A stretch of 64,000 nucleotides of DNA from an uncultured bacterium (GTDB lineage Bacteria; Krumholzibacteriota; Krumholzibacteriia; LZORAL124-64-63): positions 32,001 to 96,000 of the forward strand of contig CAVSGO010000003.1 in assembly GCA_963727525.1 (NCBI GenBank), read 5' to 3'. Positions 62,526-64,000 of the stretch are shown here, one piece after another. The position numbers were made by a program, and so were the translations under genes. Positions within the stretch are counted from its first letter, which is position 1; every line of letters starts with the position of its first letter. The notes below the pieces were generated by a model. It did not search any database and was not told where the DNA came from. It was given only the letters and a program-made list of their open reading frames with translations.

Positions 62526-63740
62526 TTACGGGAGCACCTCGAGTACGCCGTTGCGGCCGCCGAAGCCATCGTCGACAGTCGGTGTTCCCGGCGGCAGTGG
62601 TGCGGGTTTGCCGTCGACAAAGAACACGTACTGGTACGTCCCGGCTGGCAGTCGCAAGGTGATCTCCCACCAGCCGTTGCCTCGTGCGCCGAGCGGGCTC
62701 GCGCTGCGATCCCATCCGTTGAAGTCGCCGGCCACGGTCACCGCGTGCGCCTGTGGCGCGCGGATTTGTAGGCGCACGATGTCGCCGGCGTGTGCCATGG
62801 CCCGGGTCACGCGCGTGGTCGTGAGGATGGACCGGGTCCCGAGTCGCCACGTCATAGCGACCGAGAAGCGATGGACCGTCTCGCCGAAGCTCGTGGGATC
62901 CTCGTAGTGCGTGGCCAGCCACCCCAGTACGAGGGTGCGCGGTTCGTCGACGTCCCACTCCGCCGCGAGGCCGAACTGCCAGGTGGAGTCGCGGTTCAGG
63001 TCGATCGTACGATGGTCGAAGTGCCGGCGGCGGGCGAATCCGCGCCCGAGGACCCGTGTGTGTGCAGAGAGGGCACAGCGCAGGGCGGCCCAGAAGGAAA
63101 CCTCGTCGGAATCGTAGAAGCTCAGCCGGGTATTGGTGCTGGCTAGCGTGGCGGCTGCCGAAGCGATGAGATCCGGCCGCGGGCGCCAGGTGATCCCTGG
63201 CCCGGCATACGCCCGGCTCTCGACGTGGGTGCCCTGGACGCCGTGGTCGTCCGGCAGCTCGAGTTGCGGGTAGCGCCGGTTCTCCCAGCCGCCGCGCAGC
63301 TCCACATCGAGCCTCCGCGCGCGGTGCCGCAACGTGACCTCGGTATTGCCACCGACCATGCGGGCTTCGGGCCGGGCGTCGTCGTTCAGGAAGAAGGCAC
63401 CCGCGGCCGCGTGGGCGTCCCACGCCTGGTCGATGTCGAACCGCAAGCCACCGCCGCCGGCGGCCGCCAGGAGATTACGGTTGCTGGAGGCGAAGAACCG
63501 TTGCCACGAACCCTGGACGAAAGCGCTGGCGTGCGAGGGCGCGCGCCAATCGAGGCCGCCGCCGAGCTGCGCGAATACGCCGCCGCGCACGGACTCGAGC
63601 TCGAGGTCGGGCGTCACGGCGGCGTCGTCTTCCGAACCGACGCCAAACGACATCCAGCCGGCCACCGGTGCCGCCACGGCAGGAGACCCCTCCCCGATCG
63701 TGACCAGAGCCAGTAGTGAGCCCACGATGAGCCCGACCAC
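62526..63740 (-). CDS. Beta-barrel-like exported protein with C-terminal CBM48/AMPK1 glycogen-binding domain
   Basis: Alternating strand pattern, then VTVAGDFNGW...LPAGTYQYVFFVDG...VDDGFGGRNGVL; start uncertain. Confidence 0.7.
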   Translation of the reverse strand: MVGLIVGSLLALVTIGEGSPAVAAPVAGWMSFGVGSEDDAAVTPDLELESVRGGVFAQLGGGLDWRAPSHASAFVQGSWQRFFASSNRNLLAAAGGGGLRFDIDQAWDAHAAAGAFFLNDDARPEARMVGGNTEVTLRHRARRLDVELRGGWENRRYPQLELPDDHGVQGTHVESRAYAGPGITWRPRPDLIASAAATLASTNTRLSFYDSDEVSFWAALRCALSAHTRVLGRGFARRRHFDHRTIDLNRDSTWQFGLAAEWDVDEPRTLVLGWLATHYEDPTSFGETVHRFSVAMTWRLGTRSILTTTRVTRAMAHAGDIVRLQIRAPQAHAVTVAGDFNGWDRSASPLGARGNGWWEITLRLPAGTYQYVFFVDGKPAPLPPGTPTVDDGFGGRNGVLEVLP

Positions 63741-63759
63741 GTACCGGGGAGGAGCGAGA

Positions 63760-64000
63760 TCAGAGCGAGAGATCGAGCACTGCATTCGTACCACCGAAGC
63801 CGTCGTCCCGTGTGGTGCGGGCCAGCGGGTCGGTGACCCAGCGACCGCCATCGACCACGAACATGTAGGCGTATTCGCCGGGCGGAAGGGCGAGATCGAG
63901 CGTCCACACGCCATTGGCGCGTCGCAGCGGAGTGGCCTCCGGCCGCCAGCCGTTGAAGTCGCCGGCAACAGTCACCTGCTGGACGTCGTCCCTGGGCACA
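63760..64000 (-). CDS. CBM48/AMPK1 glycogen-binding domain protein, C-terminal part only
   Basis: VTVAGDFNGW...PPGEYAYMFVVDGGRWVTDP...DDGFGGTNAVL. Confidence 0.85.
   Translation of the reverse strand, partial: VPRDDVQQVTVAGDFNGWRPEATPLRRANGVWTLDLALPPGEYAYMFVVDGGRWVTDPLARTTRDDGFGGTNAVLDLSL

Overview
GC-rich bacterial window. FlgD-Ig/T9SS-like C-termini, a PorV-like barrel and SW[GS]xVKS C-terminal tails suggest an FCB-group lineage such as Latescibacterota/Krumholzibacteriota (inference). The left end carries a translationally coupled mukF-mukE-mukB operon (mukB runs off the window), divergent from a STAND-like ATPase fused to an AlbA_2/Schlafen domain. About 9-26 kb is a mosaic island: two Fic proteins, an AAA_14-DUF4143 ATPase, a shattered AbiE toxin-antitoxin pair, a GntR-ABC module, an Mrr-like fragment, kinase fragments and two paralogous 42-aa membrane peptides missing from the ORF track. 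Several junctions carry a 25-bp AT-rich box; three of these are followed at a fixed 4-nt distance by a (near-)palindrome, consensus GTCCAGCCGGCTGGAC. The window also holds three Ser/Thr kinases, two chemoreceptors with sigma-28-like promoters, an IS1-like element with a cognate MITE, a SWIM-SNF2 helicase, a NYN protein, a secreted endonuclease I, an M16 peptidase, arsR-arsC-acr3, msrA and a CBM48 cluster. No tRNA, rRNA or CRISPR array was recognised. All family calls are by eye, without database searches.
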